From assembly GCA_964436055.1 (NCBI GenBank), contig CAYTBO010000003.1, positions 537-64,536 of the forward strand: a stretch of 64,000 nt of DNA, written 5' to 3'. The notes under the pieces were generated by a model. It did no database searches. It was not told the DNA's origin and saw only the letters and a program-made list of their open reading frames with translations. Positions within the stretch are counted from its first letter, which is position 1. Every line of letters begins with the position of its first letter. Below, in pieces: positions 55,101-63,999 of this stretch. The DNA comes from an uncultured Ohtaekwangia sp. GTDB taxonomy: Bacteria > Bacteroidota > Bacteroidia > Cytophagales > Cyclobacteriaceae. Made by a program: the position numbers and the translations under genes.

Positions 55101-55243
55101 TGGGAGCCGGATCGGAAAGTAGGGTTTCGATGGGAATTGCTGTTATTGGCGGTATGATGTTCGCGACCGTTTTGACACTTTTCGTAATTCCGGCCATTTA
55201 CAGCTATTTCAGTGGCAAAGAAGCCAGAGCAGTCATCGACTAA
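52181..55243 (+). CDS. RND efflux permease (AcrB/AcrD/AcrF family)
   Basis: GLVVDDAIVVLEN, GLVTKNGILIVEFA and RFRPIIMT proton-relay motifs. Confidence 0.96.
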   Translation: MASLSNISINRPVLAMVFSLVIVLFGIIGFSYLGVREFPSVDPPVISVSTSYIGANSDVVESQITEPLEDAINGIAGVRTISSSSREGRSNISIEFELGVDLEAAANDVRDKVSGAIRNLPPDVDPPVVSKADADSQAIIYLTVMSGKRNLLELSRIAGIYFKERLQTIPGVSTINVWGEQKYSMRLWMDPIRLAGLKLTPTDVFQAVNRENVELPSGRIEGQNTELTVRTMGRLNSVDDFNNLIVKEDGDQVVRFQDIGYAQLYAENDRTLMRRDGVPGVAIAVVAQPGANNIEIADNLYKKLAQIEKDLPEDVSWVVSHDSTEFIRSSINEVQETIIIAFSLVLIIIFLFLRDWRTTLIPVVTIPISLIGCFFVMYLLGFTINVLTMLGIVLAIGLVVDDAIVVLENIYTKVEEGNDPKEAARKGSVEIYFAVISTTIAVVAVFLPVIFLEGLTGRLFREFGLVVASAVAISSFVSLTLTPMMSSKLLKKRQVQPWLYRKTEPFFNSLSSSYAKTLQGFMKRRWLAFVIIFISGLAIFTLINSLPSELSPLEDRSEFRFQAQAPEGATFEYMDAYVSNMYDFVAEEVPEALGVLSITAPSFGGSGGAANSGFLKVMLVDPSQRERTQQQIVDDITPKARNFTGVRTFVQQSQTIGDRRGGFPVQIVVQAADIEKLKAALPKFLEKANESPKFTFVDLDLKFNKPEINIIINRDKARNLGVSVIDISQTLQLGLSGSRFGNFVMDGKQYQIIGQVERKNRNEPLDLKTLYVRNNRGEIIQLDNLVTIVEQSSPPQLYRFNRYSSAKVSAQPAPGVALAEGIEEMQRIANEVLDETYSTELSGASREFAESSSSIYLAFLMALAIIYLVLAGQFESFKDPLIIMFTVPLALAGALISLWYFNQTMNIFSQIGIIMLIGLVTKNGILIVEFANQRKAQGMKLMDAVIGAAESRFRPIIMTSLSTILGILPIALALGAGSESRVSMGIAVIGGMMFATVLTLFVIPAIYSYFSGKEARAVID

Positions 55244-55250
55244 ACTTACT

Positions 55251-56666
55251 ATGAAGCGGATTTCTGCCATATTCATCATCCCCTTACTTTCATTTTATAG
55301 TCAAGCGCAGGATACCCTAAGTCTTGCCAGAGCCATTTCTACCGGAATGAAAAATAATTTTGACGTTCGGATAGAACAACTTAGCGTTGATTTTGCTGTT
55401 GAAAATAATACATGGGGTCAGGCTGGGCGACTACCCACTATTTCATTTCTGGCCAATCAGAACAATACCATAATCCAACGCAAGCCGGCTAACCCATTTG
55501 CCGTGGCCGGGCGAAATATTTCTGACAATGTCAACGGTCAATTGGATGCCCAGTTTCTTTTGTTTGGTGGGTTTTTGGTTAAAATGAATAAAAATCGACT
55601 GGAGCAAATCGAACGATTAAGTTATGGCAATGCAACCTTTGTAATGGAAACTACCTTACAATCAATCATACTAGCCTATTATCAGGCATTGCTGGAAAAG
55701 GAGAGGCTCAAAATACTGGAGAACAACATGGTGTTTTCTAAAGAAAGGTATGATTGGGTGAAACTGAGAAAAGAGCTCGGCGGGGCCATCACGTTTGATG
55801 TATTGCAGGAACAAAACAACTATTTAACCGATTCAGCCAATGTACTTCGCCAGGATCTGGCTTTTAGAAATTCGCTTCGCCAGCTAAACCTATTGCTCAA
55901 TGAGGATATCAAAAAAACCTATACGTTGGTTGATTCTTTGGAATACGAGCATGAAGTTTATCTCTATGAGGACCTGCATGGCAAAATGGTGAGTTCAAAT
56001 ACAAACCTCAAAAACCAATATATCAATCAGGAAATACTTAGGAATAATACAAAAGTTGCGCAAGCTGGATTATATCCCTCACTAAATTTAAATATTGGAG
56101 CAACCGGCAGCCTCGACCGTTTAAATGCTAATTTTAGAACATCAACCGGCAATGTAATCAGGCAACAGGTAGGCTTTACCGATGACGCATCTCAGATACC
56201 TGTGGTTAATGAGATCAATGAGACCGCCTTTAGGCCGCTAACCCAACAAGGAAATTCCTATGGCGCCTATGGCAATTTCTCCCTTCGATTCAATGTCTTC
56301 AACGGAGGACAAATCAAGCGCTCGATTGAAAACTCCAGGGTGCAGGAGCGGATTGCGGAACTCAATACCGACCAGCTAAAACTTTCATTAGAAAATGATT
56401 TATTGGCCACGTATGATTTGTACAACCTTAGAAATCAATTGGTAAGTATTGAACTGACTAAACTTGAGGCAGCCGACCTTAATTTGGATCTTGCCAATGA
56501 ACGCTATAGAAATGGCGCGCTAAGCGCTATTGACCTGAGGATCGTTCAGGAGAATGCCCGTAATGCCGGTCTGGAGGCATATCTGGCGATTTTCAATTCT
56601 ATTTCAGCTAAAATTGACCTGATTAGGCTAACCGGCGGCTTGTTGGACAACACTCAGAATAACTAA
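55251..56666 (+). CDS. TolC family outer membrane efflux protein
   Basis: Preferred start MKRISA; signal peptide, A..G.YPSL.L, A.ERYRNG..S motifs; follows MFP and RND genes. Confidence 0.92.
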   Translation: MKRISAIFIIPLLSFYSQAQDTLSLARAISTGMKNNFDVRIEQLSVDFAVENNTWGQAGRLPTISFLANQNNTIIQRKPANPFAVAGRNISDNVNGQLDAQFLLFGGFLVKMNKNRLEQIERLSYGNATFVMETTLQSIILAYYQALLEKERLKILENNMVFSKERYDWVKLRKELGGAITFDVLQEQNNYLTDSANVLRQDLAFRNSLRQLNLLLNEDIKKTYTLVDSLEYEHEVYLYEDLHGKMVSSNTNLKNQYINQEILRNNTKVAQAGLYPSLNLNIGATGSLDRLNANFRTSTGNVIRQQVGFTDDASQIPVVNEINETAFRPLTQQGNSYGAYGNFSLRFNVFNGGQIKRSIENSRVQERIAELNTDQLKLSLENDLLATYDLYNLRNQLVSIELTKLEAADLNLDLANERYRNGALSAIDLRIVQENARNAGLEAYLAIFNSISAKIDLIRLTGGLLDNTQNN

Positions 56667-56672
56667 ACTCCA

Positions 56673-57434
56673 CTATTCACTTACCGTTTCAGTTTCCGGA
56701 TTACGTATCCAAAAATTATTAAAACCTTCTCCGACCTGGATACCGATTTGGCCATTGGCCAGCATTTCAAGAATGGCAAGGAAATTAAAAATCAACGAAA
56801 TCCGGGTAGGTGACTTTTCGAAAAGTTCAGTGAATGCAATTCGAGGCCTGGTTTTCAGCTCATCCATAATAAAATCCTTTTGCCCGTCAATGGTGTAGGG
56901 ATATTGTATCACTTGGAGAACCGGTTTATTTCGCTCCTCTTCCTGCCGTTTCAACACTTTCTCAAATACCGTAAGTAACTTGAATAAATCAACATCCTGA
57001 AGTTCTGCTTCTACATTGCTAATTTCAGCAAGTGACCGAAGTTCTTTTATAATGTTGCCCCGCTTCTCTTTAGTGAGCTCATTTTCTTCCATTTGGTGGA
57101 AGGCATCAATCACGGATTTGTATTTTTTGTATTCGAGCAGGTGCTTAATCAGTTCTTCTCTGGGATCCATTTCATTACCTTCTGCATCAACCTGAGGACG
57201 AGGTAGTAACATTTTGGATTTGATGCGCATCAGTGTTGCCGCCACCAGGATGAATTCACTGGCAACTTCCACATTGAAGTTTTCCAAGTGATGCAGATAG
57301 GCCAGAAAATCATTGGTGATTTTGGAAATGGGGATGTCGTAGATATCCAACTCATCCCGTTCAATAAAAAAAAGGAGCAGATCAAAAGGCCCCTCAAATA
57401 GAGGCAGCCGAACTTCAAAATTTTCTGTGGTCAT
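56673..57434 (-). CDS. scpA: Segregation and condensation protein A (kleisin)
   Basis: FEGPFDLLL.FI, A.EFILVAATL..IKSK.LLP and FLAILE motifs; ATG at 57434. Confidence 0.93.
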   Translation of the reverse strand: MTTENFEVRLPLFEGPFDLLLFFIERDELDIYDIPISKITNDFLAYLHHLENFNVEVASEFILVAATLMRIKSKMLLPRPQVDAEGNEMDPREELIKHLLEYKKYKSVIDAFHQMEENELTKEKRGNIIKELRSLAEISNVEAELQDVDLFKLLTVFEKVLKRQEEERNKPVLQVIQYPYTIDGQKDFIMDELKTRPRIAFTELFEKSPTRISLIFNFLAILEMLANGQIGIQVGEGFNNFWIRNPETETVSE

Positions 57435-57575
57435 AAGCGGAGCCAAAATTATTCAAATCTGCTTAGAAATCCTTTATGGAATCAAAATGCTTAAATTTGT
57501 ACCCTGATTAACCAAAATGACTCAAAACACTTACCTTAAGTCTTTGTTTAAGCATTTATACTCATTTCGGATCAC

Positions 57576-59504
57576 ATGTTAATAAAACCCGGCAAGCTGC
57601 TTAGCCAAATCGAAAGTCCAAAAGACCTGAAAAAGCTTGATCAGGCCCAATTGGTGAGGCTTTGCGAAGAGCTAAGGCAGTTTATTGTTGATAATGTCTC
57701 TGTGTACGGAGGCCATTTTGGTGCTAGCTTAGGCGTTGTGGAGCTCACCGTAGCACTCCATTATGTTTTTAATGCTCCCCACGACCAACTTGTATGGGAT
57801 GTGGGTCATCAGGCCTATGGGCATAAGATCTTAACGGGGCGAAGAGATAGTTTCCACACCAACAGAACGTATGGAGGGATTTCCGGTTTTCCCAAGAGAA
57901 ATGAAAGTGAATACGATACATTTGGTGTGGGTCATTCTTCCACCTCAGTTTCAGCTGCACTGGGGATGGCTGTGGCGTCCAAATACAAAGGAGATCAGAA
58001 TAAACAGCATATAGCTGTCATTGGAGACGGAGCCCTTACGGGAGGCATTGCTTTCGAAGGCCTGAATCATGCAGGCGTTTCAGATTCAAATATTCTAATT
58101 ATTCTCAACGACAATTGTATGTCAATTGATCCCAATGTGGGCGCTTTAAAGGATTACCTGACGGACATTACAACATCACAGACATATAACAAGCTCAAAG
58201 ATGAAGTTTGGAATTTGCTAGGCAAACTATCCCACTTTGGAAAAAATGCTCAAGAGATCGTTTCAAAAATTGAGAATGGAATTAAATCAACTGTGCTGAG
58301 TCAGAGCAATTTTTTTGAGTCGCTCAACCTGAGGTACTTCGGGCCGGTAGATGGGCACGATGTCGATCACCTGGTGGCTGTACTGAACGATTTGAAACAA
58401 ATCAAGGGGCCTAAAATACTTCACTGCGTTACCGTAAAAGGAAAAGGTTTCGCACCCGCCGAAAATGGAAACAAAACAACATGGCATGCCCCCGGCACCT
58501 TTGATAAAATCACGGGAGAAATTCATAAAAAAACCTACGAGAAACCCCAGCCCCCAAAATATCAGGATGTATTTGGTCATACCTTGGTAGAATTGGCCAA
58601 GGTAAATGATAAAATCATGGGGATTACTCCGGCTATGCCTTCCGGATCTTCCATGAATATCATGATGAATGAAATGCCTGATCGCGCTTTTGACGTGGGT
58701 ATTGCTGAACAGCATGCTGTCACTTTTTCCGCAGGGCTGGCAACACAAGGACTAATCCCTTTTTGCAATATTTACAGTTCGTTTATGCAGCGTGCGTACG
58801 ACCAGGTTGTACATGATGTTTGTATTCAAAATTTGCCGGTAAACTTCTGTCTTGACAGGGCTGGATTTGCCGGAGCTGACGGTCCTACACATCATGGTGC
58901 TTATGATATCGCTTATTTCCGTTGTTTGCCAAATATGATCGTGTCAGCTCCTATGAACGAGAGTGAGCTGCGAAACCTCATGTACACGGCATCCATTCCC
59001 AGAAAGGAACAGGCTTTCTCAATTCGCTATCCTCGTGGTCAGGGAGTGATGACCGCATGGAGAACTCCCATGGAACAAATTAAAATTGGCACAGGAAGGA
59101 TAATAAGAGATGGAGAAGACCTTGCCATTTTAACCATCGGGCATATTGGCAATTATGCCGTCACGGTTTGCGAGCAATTATCCTCGCAAGGCATAGAGGT
59201 AGCTCACTACGACTTGCGCTTTGTAAAGCCCCTTGATGAGCAGATGCTTCACGGTATCTTTGGGAAATTCAAAAAAGTGATCACCCTTGAGGATGGTTCT
59301 ATTCAGGGAGGTTTTGGCAGTGCTATTTTGGAATTTATGGCTGATCATAACTATTATGCTCAGGTACGGAGATTGGGAATTCCTGATAAAATTGTGGAGC
59401 ACGGCGAACAATTGGATTTGCACAACGAATGCAATTTTGGTCCGACCGGAATTAAAGAGGCAGTCCTTGAAATGCTTGAGCCGGTTCCCGACCAGCTTGA
59501 ATGA
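57576..59504 (+). CDS. dxs: 1-deoxy-D-xylulose-5-phosphate synthase
   Basis: GGHFGASLG, WDVGHQAYGHK, GDGALTGG..LNDN, GIAEQHA, DGPTHHG and IRYPRG motifs. Confidence 0.97.
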   Translation: MLIKPGKLLSQIESPKDLKKLDQAQLVRLCEELRQFIVDNVSVYGGHFGASLGVVELTVALHYVFNAPHDQLVWDVGHQAYGHKILTGRRDSFHTNRTYGGISGFPKRNESEYDTFGVGHSSTSVSAALGMAVASKYKGDQNKQHIAVIGDGALTGGIAFEGLNHAGVSDSNILIILNDNCMSIDPNVGALKDYLTDITTSQTYNKLKDEVWNLLGKLSHFGKNAQEIVSKIENGIKSTVLSQSNFFESLNLRYFGPVDGHDVDHLVAVLNDLKQIKGPKILHCVTVKGKGFAPAENGNKTTWHAPGTFDKITGEIHKKTYEKPQPPKYQDVFGHTLVELAKVNDKIMGITPAMPSGSSMNIMMNEMPDRAFDVGIAEQHAVTFSAGLATQGLIPFCNIYSSFMQRAYDQVVHDVCIQNLPVNFCLDRAGFAGADGPTHHGAYDIAYFRCLPNMIVSAPMNESELRNLMYTASIPRKEQAFSIRYPRGQGVMTAWRTPMEQIKIGTGRIIRDGEDLAILTIGHIGNYAVTVCEQLSSQGIEVAHYDLRFVKPLDEQMLHGIFGKFKKVITLEDGSIQGGFGSAILEFMADHNYYAQVRRLGIPDKIVEHGEQLDLHNECNFGPTGIKEAVLEMLEPVPDQLE

Positions 59505-60262
59505 ATGGAATATATTATAAAAGTAAGGGTAGGGGTTTTCCGCTGATTCTGATACATGGTTTTTGTGAAACCGGTGAAATCTGGGATCCATTCATTGATC
59601 TTCTGGCTACTGATTTTCAAATTATTACTATTGATCTACCCGGATTTGGCAAGAGTAGTTCGAACCGGCCGGAATCATTGGAAACCATCGCGGCCCGATT
59701 GAATAATTGGGTAACCGAACGAGGGTTCATAAAGCCTGTTGTGATTGGCCATTCGCTGGGAGGATATGTAGCTCTTGCTATGTTGGCGGGTCAACCAAAC
59801 ATGTTTTCGGGGTTAGGATTATTTCACTCCACAGCTTTGCCCGATACGGAAATCAAAAGACTAAACCGAATCAGAGCCATGGACTTTGTAAAGGCAAATG
59901 GGGTGACTCCATTCGTGAATTCCTTCATTCCTTCTTTATTCTTTAATAAAGACAGGAGCTTAATTGATTTTGCAGTAAAAATCGCTAAAGACACTTCGGA
60001 ATTGACGTTTTTGAACTATACAGCAGCTATGAGGGACAGACCTGATCGAACTGCGGTTGTTGAAAAGGCTAAGATCCCGGTGTTGATAATTGCAGGACAA
60101 GAAGATACCCTGGTGCCCCTGGAAAGTCTGGAGGAACAAGCAAAACTTAATAAGCTTATTACGTTTAAGGTGATGTTCGGCGTTGGGCATATGGGCATGT
60201 TGGAAGCCGGAAAAGCTTCCGCAAACGTTGTCAATACCTTTATGAATAAGATAAAATCATGA
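59501..60262 (+). CDS. Alpha/beta fold hydrolase
   Basis: LIHGF, DLPGFG, GHSLGG nucleophile elbow, GVGHMG; ATGA overlap with the dxs stop. Confidence 0.92.
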   Translation: MNGIYYKSKGRGFPLILIHGFCETGEIWDPFIDLLATDFQIITIDLPGFGKSSSNRPESLETIAARLNNWVTERGFIKPVVIGHSLGGYVALAMLAGQPNMFSGLGLFHSTALPDTEIKRLNRIRAMDFVKANGVTPFVNSFIPSLFFNKDRSLIDFAVKIAKDTSELTFLNYTAAMRDRPDRTAVVEKAKIPVLIIAGQEDTLVPLESLEEQAKLNKLITFKVMFGVGHMGMLEAGKASANVVNTFMNKIKS

Positions 60263-60411
60263 GACGGTGAGGTTGGCAGATTCTTTAATTTTATGCCAAA
60301 ACTGTGCTAAATTGTAATGTTTTATCATATATTTGAGTTACTTGTTGGCACTAGTGAGGTATAGATTGTTATATTTGTTATCCTGATTTGAAACAATAAA
60401 AACATATCATA

Positions 60412-61161
60412 ATGAATGGAGTTTTACCCTCATACGATTCATGGAACAACCTAGCGGCAAATATTGCCATAGCGTGCTGGGCAGTTGGACTGCTCGTTAT
60501 TCTTGGATATTTCCTGAAATTTGCCACTACAGGCGATAGTAAGGCAAAGTATGATTTCATCAATCGGTATGAAATTAAAGTCCTTTGGATTGCTTCCCTG
60601 ATTATTGTAATCGGAGCCTGCTTTTTTGCCAATTCCAATATTATTGAGCTAAACGCATTGTGGATATTTGTAAGGGTATTTACTACCGTTTCAATGGGTA
60701 TGATCGTGGCCTTGATCATTCAAAATCTGTTGAAATTTTATTATCCATTCTTTATTGAGAAAAGGTTAAAAGTGCTCCGCTATAAGCCGCGGATCTCTCC
60801 CAAAACCGGTAAGCCAATGAAGCTGCTTAGTGAAGAGGAAGAAGATGCTTACCTCGATGAAGGTATGCAGGCTGAAGAAAATTTGTTCTCCATGGACTAC
60901 GATGTATGGAAGGATGATGAGACAGGCTATATCAAAATTGAAAAATATGCCGGTCACCTGCATGCCGTTCAATGCCCCGAATGTAACTACCAGACTTTCA
61001 AAGTAGTCCGTGAAGAAATTATTAAAGAACCGACGGCAGTTGAAGAAGGTGAATTATTGAAGCACTATCTGTGTGGATACTGCGGCCACAAAGCAAGAAA
61101 AACAGTACATCTAAAAGTGTCTTCGAAACTTCAGGAAGAATCTCAGGCGGCAACCGCTTAA
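60412..61161 (+). CDS. Membrane protein with C-terminal zinc ribbon
   Basis: Three hydrophobic segments; CPECNY and CGYCGH pairs; DYDVW motif. Confidence 0.75.
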   Translation: MNGVLPSYDSWNNLAANIAIACWAVGLLVILGYFLKFATTGDSKAKYDFINRYEIKVLWIASLIIVIGACFFANSNIIELNALWIFVRVFTTVSMGMIVALIIQNLLKFYYPFFIEKRLKVLRYKPRISPKTGKPMKLLSEEEEDAYLDEGMQAEENLFSMDYDVWKDDETGYIKIEKYAGHLHAVQCPECNYQTFKVVREEIIKEPTAVEEGELLKHYLCGYCGHKARKTVHLKVSSKLQEESQAATA

Positions 61162-61176
61162 TATATAACTTCCTCA

Positions 61177-61204
61177 AAAAAAGCCTCGTTAACGAGGCTT
61201 TTTT
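61177..61204. terminator. Bidirectional Rho-independent terminator
   Basis: AAAAAAGCCTCG-TTAA-CGAGGCTTTTTT between convergent genes. Confidence 0.9.
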
Positions 61205-61216
61205 ATTTTTGAGGTT

Positions 61217-61471
61217 TTAGGTTGATAGTGCCGGCAGTTTTATTTGATCATAATAAAACTTCATGCGACTGTGTGATGTGTCTAACCTTGCAATTTTTTC
61301 AATGCAAGCTTTTTTGTGATTAATAAAAACCTCTACATAAAAACTGCCCATCAAATATAAGTTTACCTTGAAGCCATAGTAGCGAATAGCCATAACAAAA
61401 CTTCCACGCGTGTAGAGTGTGTTAACTTTACGATCCAAAGGATAATCATTAAATTCTTTCCAGGTGATCAT
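61217..61471 (-). CDS. Small hypothetical protein
   Basis: 84 aa with a conserved-looking IRYYGFKVNLY...FYVEVF core; ends at the terminator. Confidence 0.7.
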   Translation of the reverse strand: MITWKEFNDYPLDRKVNTLYTRGSFVMAIRYYGFKVNLYLMGSFYVEVFINHKKACIEKIARLDTSHSRMKFYYDQIKLPALST

Positions 61472-61516
61472 GTACCGAATTTACGGAAAATTTAAATGAT
61501 GATCAATGCGTACGCA

Positions 61517-62374
61517 TTAAGTTAATGTTCTATTAAACAATTTGATGGTTCGTTTCCACGCAAGTTTTGCTGCCTCCTCGTTATATCGGGTTGGAGCTGT
61601 GTCATTATGAAAGGCATGATTGATTCCTTCATACATAAAAATTTCGTAATCTACTTTTGCCGCTTTTAGTGCATCTTCATAGCTGATAATACCAGCATTG
61701 ATTCTTTCATCAAGGCTTGCATAGTGAAGCTGTAAACTTGCTTTAATTTTAGGTACATCAGTTACATCTGCCTGCCTTCCGTAAAAAGCTGAGGCAGCCT
61801 TCAGGGAAGGAACATTCACGGCAAGTTTATTAACCATACCGCCTCCCCAACAAAAACCAACACATCCAATCTTGCCATTACTATCGTTTCGGCTACCTAA
61901 GTATTCAACGGATTTAATAAAATTCAGTAAAGTCTTGTTAGCATCTAGCTTGCCAATCATTTCCCTTGCTTGGCCTGGATCTTCCGGTGTTCCACCCATT
62001 GGTGCCAGGGCGTCGGGTGCCAGGGTGATAAAACCGGCTACGGCTGCTCTGCGCGCTACATCTTCAATATGAGGATTAAGCCCTCTGTTTTCATGAATGA
62101 CGATTACCCCACCTTTAGTCTCGTCGGATTTTGGTCGAACCAGATAGCCTCCCATTGGTTCTGTATCTGCACCAGAATATTTAACCCTTTCAGTTAAGAG
62201 ATTGTCATTTTGGGTAATGGTTTCGGCTTTGGCGTAACTGACTTCCAGCAGCGGCAAAACAGCCAATGCGGCAGCCATGCTTCCGGTAAGCTTGGTTAGT
62301 TTTTTTATGAACTCTTCCCTTCTTAATGGAGTGTGTGTATAAAGGTCAAACAGATTGATAATTCGCTGATCCAT
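61517..62374 (-). CDS. Dienelactone hydrolase family protein (YghX-like)
   Basis: VIHENRGLNPHIED, VGFCWGG, HAFHND motifs and RREF N-terminal leader. Confidence 0.93.
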   Translation of the reverse strand: MDQRIINLFDLYTHTPLRREEFIKKLTKLTGSMAAALAVLPLLEVSYAKAETITQNDNLLTERVKYSGADTEPMGGYLVRPKSDETKGGVIVIHENRGLNPHIEDVARRAAVAGFITLAPDALAPMGGTPEDPGQAREMIGKLDANKTLLNFIKSVEYLGSRNDSNGKIGCVGFCWGGGMVNKLAVNVPSLKAASAFYGRQADVTDVPKIKASLQLHYASLDERINAGIISYEDALKAAKVDYEIFMYEGINHAFHNDTAPTRYNEEAAKLAWKRTIKLFNRTLT

Positions 62375-62490
62375 AGCAATTATTTTTGATTGTAAATCGT
62401 AGTTACGAATTTTTAAGCAGAACCAGAAGTTGTTAGAGGAAGAGGGTTGAGCAGACTTGATGGTTGACCAGAGGTGACCATCTTATTTTT

Positions 62491-62560
62491 AAACCACATA
62501 GGAACATAGAAAACATAGATTTTAGATGATTTCTATGTGGGCTATGTGACTATGTGGTTT
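62491..62560. repeat. Miniature inverted-repeat element of CATAG / CTATG units
   Basis: Terminal 11-bp inverted repeat AAACCACATAG / CTATGTGGTTT; three ACATAG units left, three CTATGTG units right, 14-nt centre. Confidence 0.85.
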
Positions 62561-62626
62561 TGAATTTAAAGTAGAACCGCGTTTGACAATTTTAGACGCG
62601 TTTACCCTGGACGGTTGACGAAATCG

Positions 62627-62658
62627 TTTTGCAAATTATGCCACCCTGGTTAACTTTG
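62627..62658 (+). promoter_or_regulatory. Promoter of tRNA-His
   Basis: TTTG (62627-62630) N20 TAACTTTG (62651-62658). Confidence 0.8.
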
Positions 62659-62671
62659 CCATCCTTCAAAC

Positions 62672-62746
62672 GGTGAATGTAGCTCAGTTGGTTAGAGCAC
62701 CAGATTGTGATTCTGGGGGTCGCGGGTTCGAGCCCCGTCTTTCACC
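62672..62746 (+). tRNA. tRNA-His (GUG)
   Basis: G-1 at 62672 opposite discriminator C62746; D arm GCTC..GAGC, anticodon arm CCAGA-TTGTGAT-TCTGG, T loop GTTCGAG; CCA not encoded. Confidence 0.96.
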
Positions 62747-62752
62747 CAAAAT

Positions 62753-62774
62753 GCCCCGCTTCGGGGCTTTTTTT
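62753..62774. terminator. Terminator after tRNA-His, possibly shared with convergent pyrC
   Basis: GCCCCG-CTT-CGGGGC followed by T7. Confidence 0.8.
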
Positions 62775-62781
62775 ATGCAAT

Positions 62782-63999
62782 TTAATTTCGATTAAATGTA
62801 AGCCTATGGCCGAGCAGTGATTCATCAAACCTGCCATCATGCCATGCCAGATGCCCCGAAACCCAGGTAGCATAAATTGAGGAATTGAAAGATTGTCCTT
62901 CAAAAGGAGACCAGCCACACTTTGCCTTTATATTTTCTTTGGACACAGTCCATGGTGAATCCATTTCCACCAATACCAGATCAGCAAAATAACCCTCTCG
63001 AATAAAACCCCTGTTTTCAATACGGAATAAAATAGCGGGGTTGTGACACATCTTTTCCACGACTTTTTCTATTGATATTTTTCCACTTTTGTAGAACTCC
63101 ATCATGGCTACCACACTGTGTTGAACCAACGGTCCCCCGGAAGGTACATGCCAGTAGTCGTTTTGTTTTTCTTCCCAGGTATGTGGCGCATGATCGGTGG
63201 CTATAACATCGATGCGATCGCTAAGCAGGGCGTCAAATATTGCTGACTGGTCAGCTTGAGTTTTAATGGCAGGATTCCACTTGATCAACATACCCAACCG
63301 ATCGTAGTCCGAATCGCTGAACCAGAGATGATGAATACATGCCTCTGAGGTAATTTTTTTGTTTTTTAGCGGGATGGAATTATCAAACAATTCAATTTCA
63401 TCGGCCGTTGAAATATGCAGTACGTGAAGTTGTGTTCCGTTTTTTCTTGCCAGGTCTACAGCGAAAGAAGAAGAGAGATAGCATGCCTCATGATTCCTGA
63501 TTTGTGCGTGCATCTTAGCCGTTACCTTATTTCCATATTGATTTTTAAATCGTTCGGAATTTCTGCGAATGGATGGCTCATCTTCACAATGGGTTGCGAT
63601 CAAAGAGGGAAATTTTGAAAAAAAACCTTCCAGCGTTTTTGGATTGTCAACCAGCAGATTACCCGTTGATGACCCCATGAATATTTTTAAGCCGCAGACA
63701 TTTTTAGTATCTGTTTTGAGTACTTCCTCAAGATTGTCGTTGGAAGCGCCAATGAAGAAGGAGTAATTGGCCAGTGAATGCTTACTTGCAATCCGGTATT
63801 TATCCTCAAGTAATTCTTGCGTAAATGCCGGAGGAATGGTGTTTGGCATTTCCATAAATGAGGTAACGCCACCGGCTACTGCAGCCCTGGATTCTGTGAA
63901 GATGGTGGCTTTGTGAGTAAGCCCCGGTTCTCTGAAATGGACCTGATCATCAATTGCGCCAGCGATGAGATGTTTTCCCTTTGCGTCAATTACTTTTTT
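62782..63999 (-). CDS. pyrC: Dihydroorotase, 5'-truncated by the window edge
   Basis: Frame open to the window end (IDDQVHFREPG..GGVTSFMEMPN), K.FMGSSTG, HVLHIS, KWNP and IATDHAPH motifs. Confidence 0.95.
   Translation of the reverse strand, partial: KKVIDAKGKHLIAGAIDDQVHFREPGLTHKATIFTESRAAVAGGVTSFMEMPNTIPPAFTQELLEDKYRIASKHSLANYSFFIGASNDNLEEVLKTDTKNVCGLKIFMGSSTGNLLVDNPKTLEGFFSKFPSLIATHCEDEPSIRRNSERFKNQYGNKVTAKMHAQIRNHEACYLSSSFAVDLARKNGTQLHVLHISTADEIELFDNSIPLKNKKITSEACIHHLWFSDSDYDRLGMLIKWNPAIKTQADQSAIFDALLSDRIDVIATDHAPHTWEEKQNDYWHVPSGGPLVQHSVVAMMEFYKSGKISIEKVVEKMCHNPAILFRIENRGFIREGYFADLVLVEMDSPWTVSKENIKAKCGWSPFEGQSFNSSIYATWVSGHLAWHDGRFDESLLGHRLTFNRN

Noticed and set aside
56673-57434. Novelty of scpA lacking adjacent scpB or smc
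   Set aside because: These genes are often unlinked; cannot be judged from one window.
62491-62560. CRISPR array interpretation of the CATAG repeats (also 37833-37927)
   Set aside because: Units are 5-11 nt and inverted, with no 25-45 nt repeat-spacer periodicity and no cas genes.
62672-62780. tRNA-His as an integration site for an island
   Set aside because: No integrase and no duplicate of the tRNA 3' end noticed; a terminator and pyrC follow directly.
526-63872. Many 60-200 aa ORFs in the track that overlap larger genes in other frames or strands
   Set aside because: They lie wholly within well-supported genes and show no family motifs; treated as shadow ORFs.
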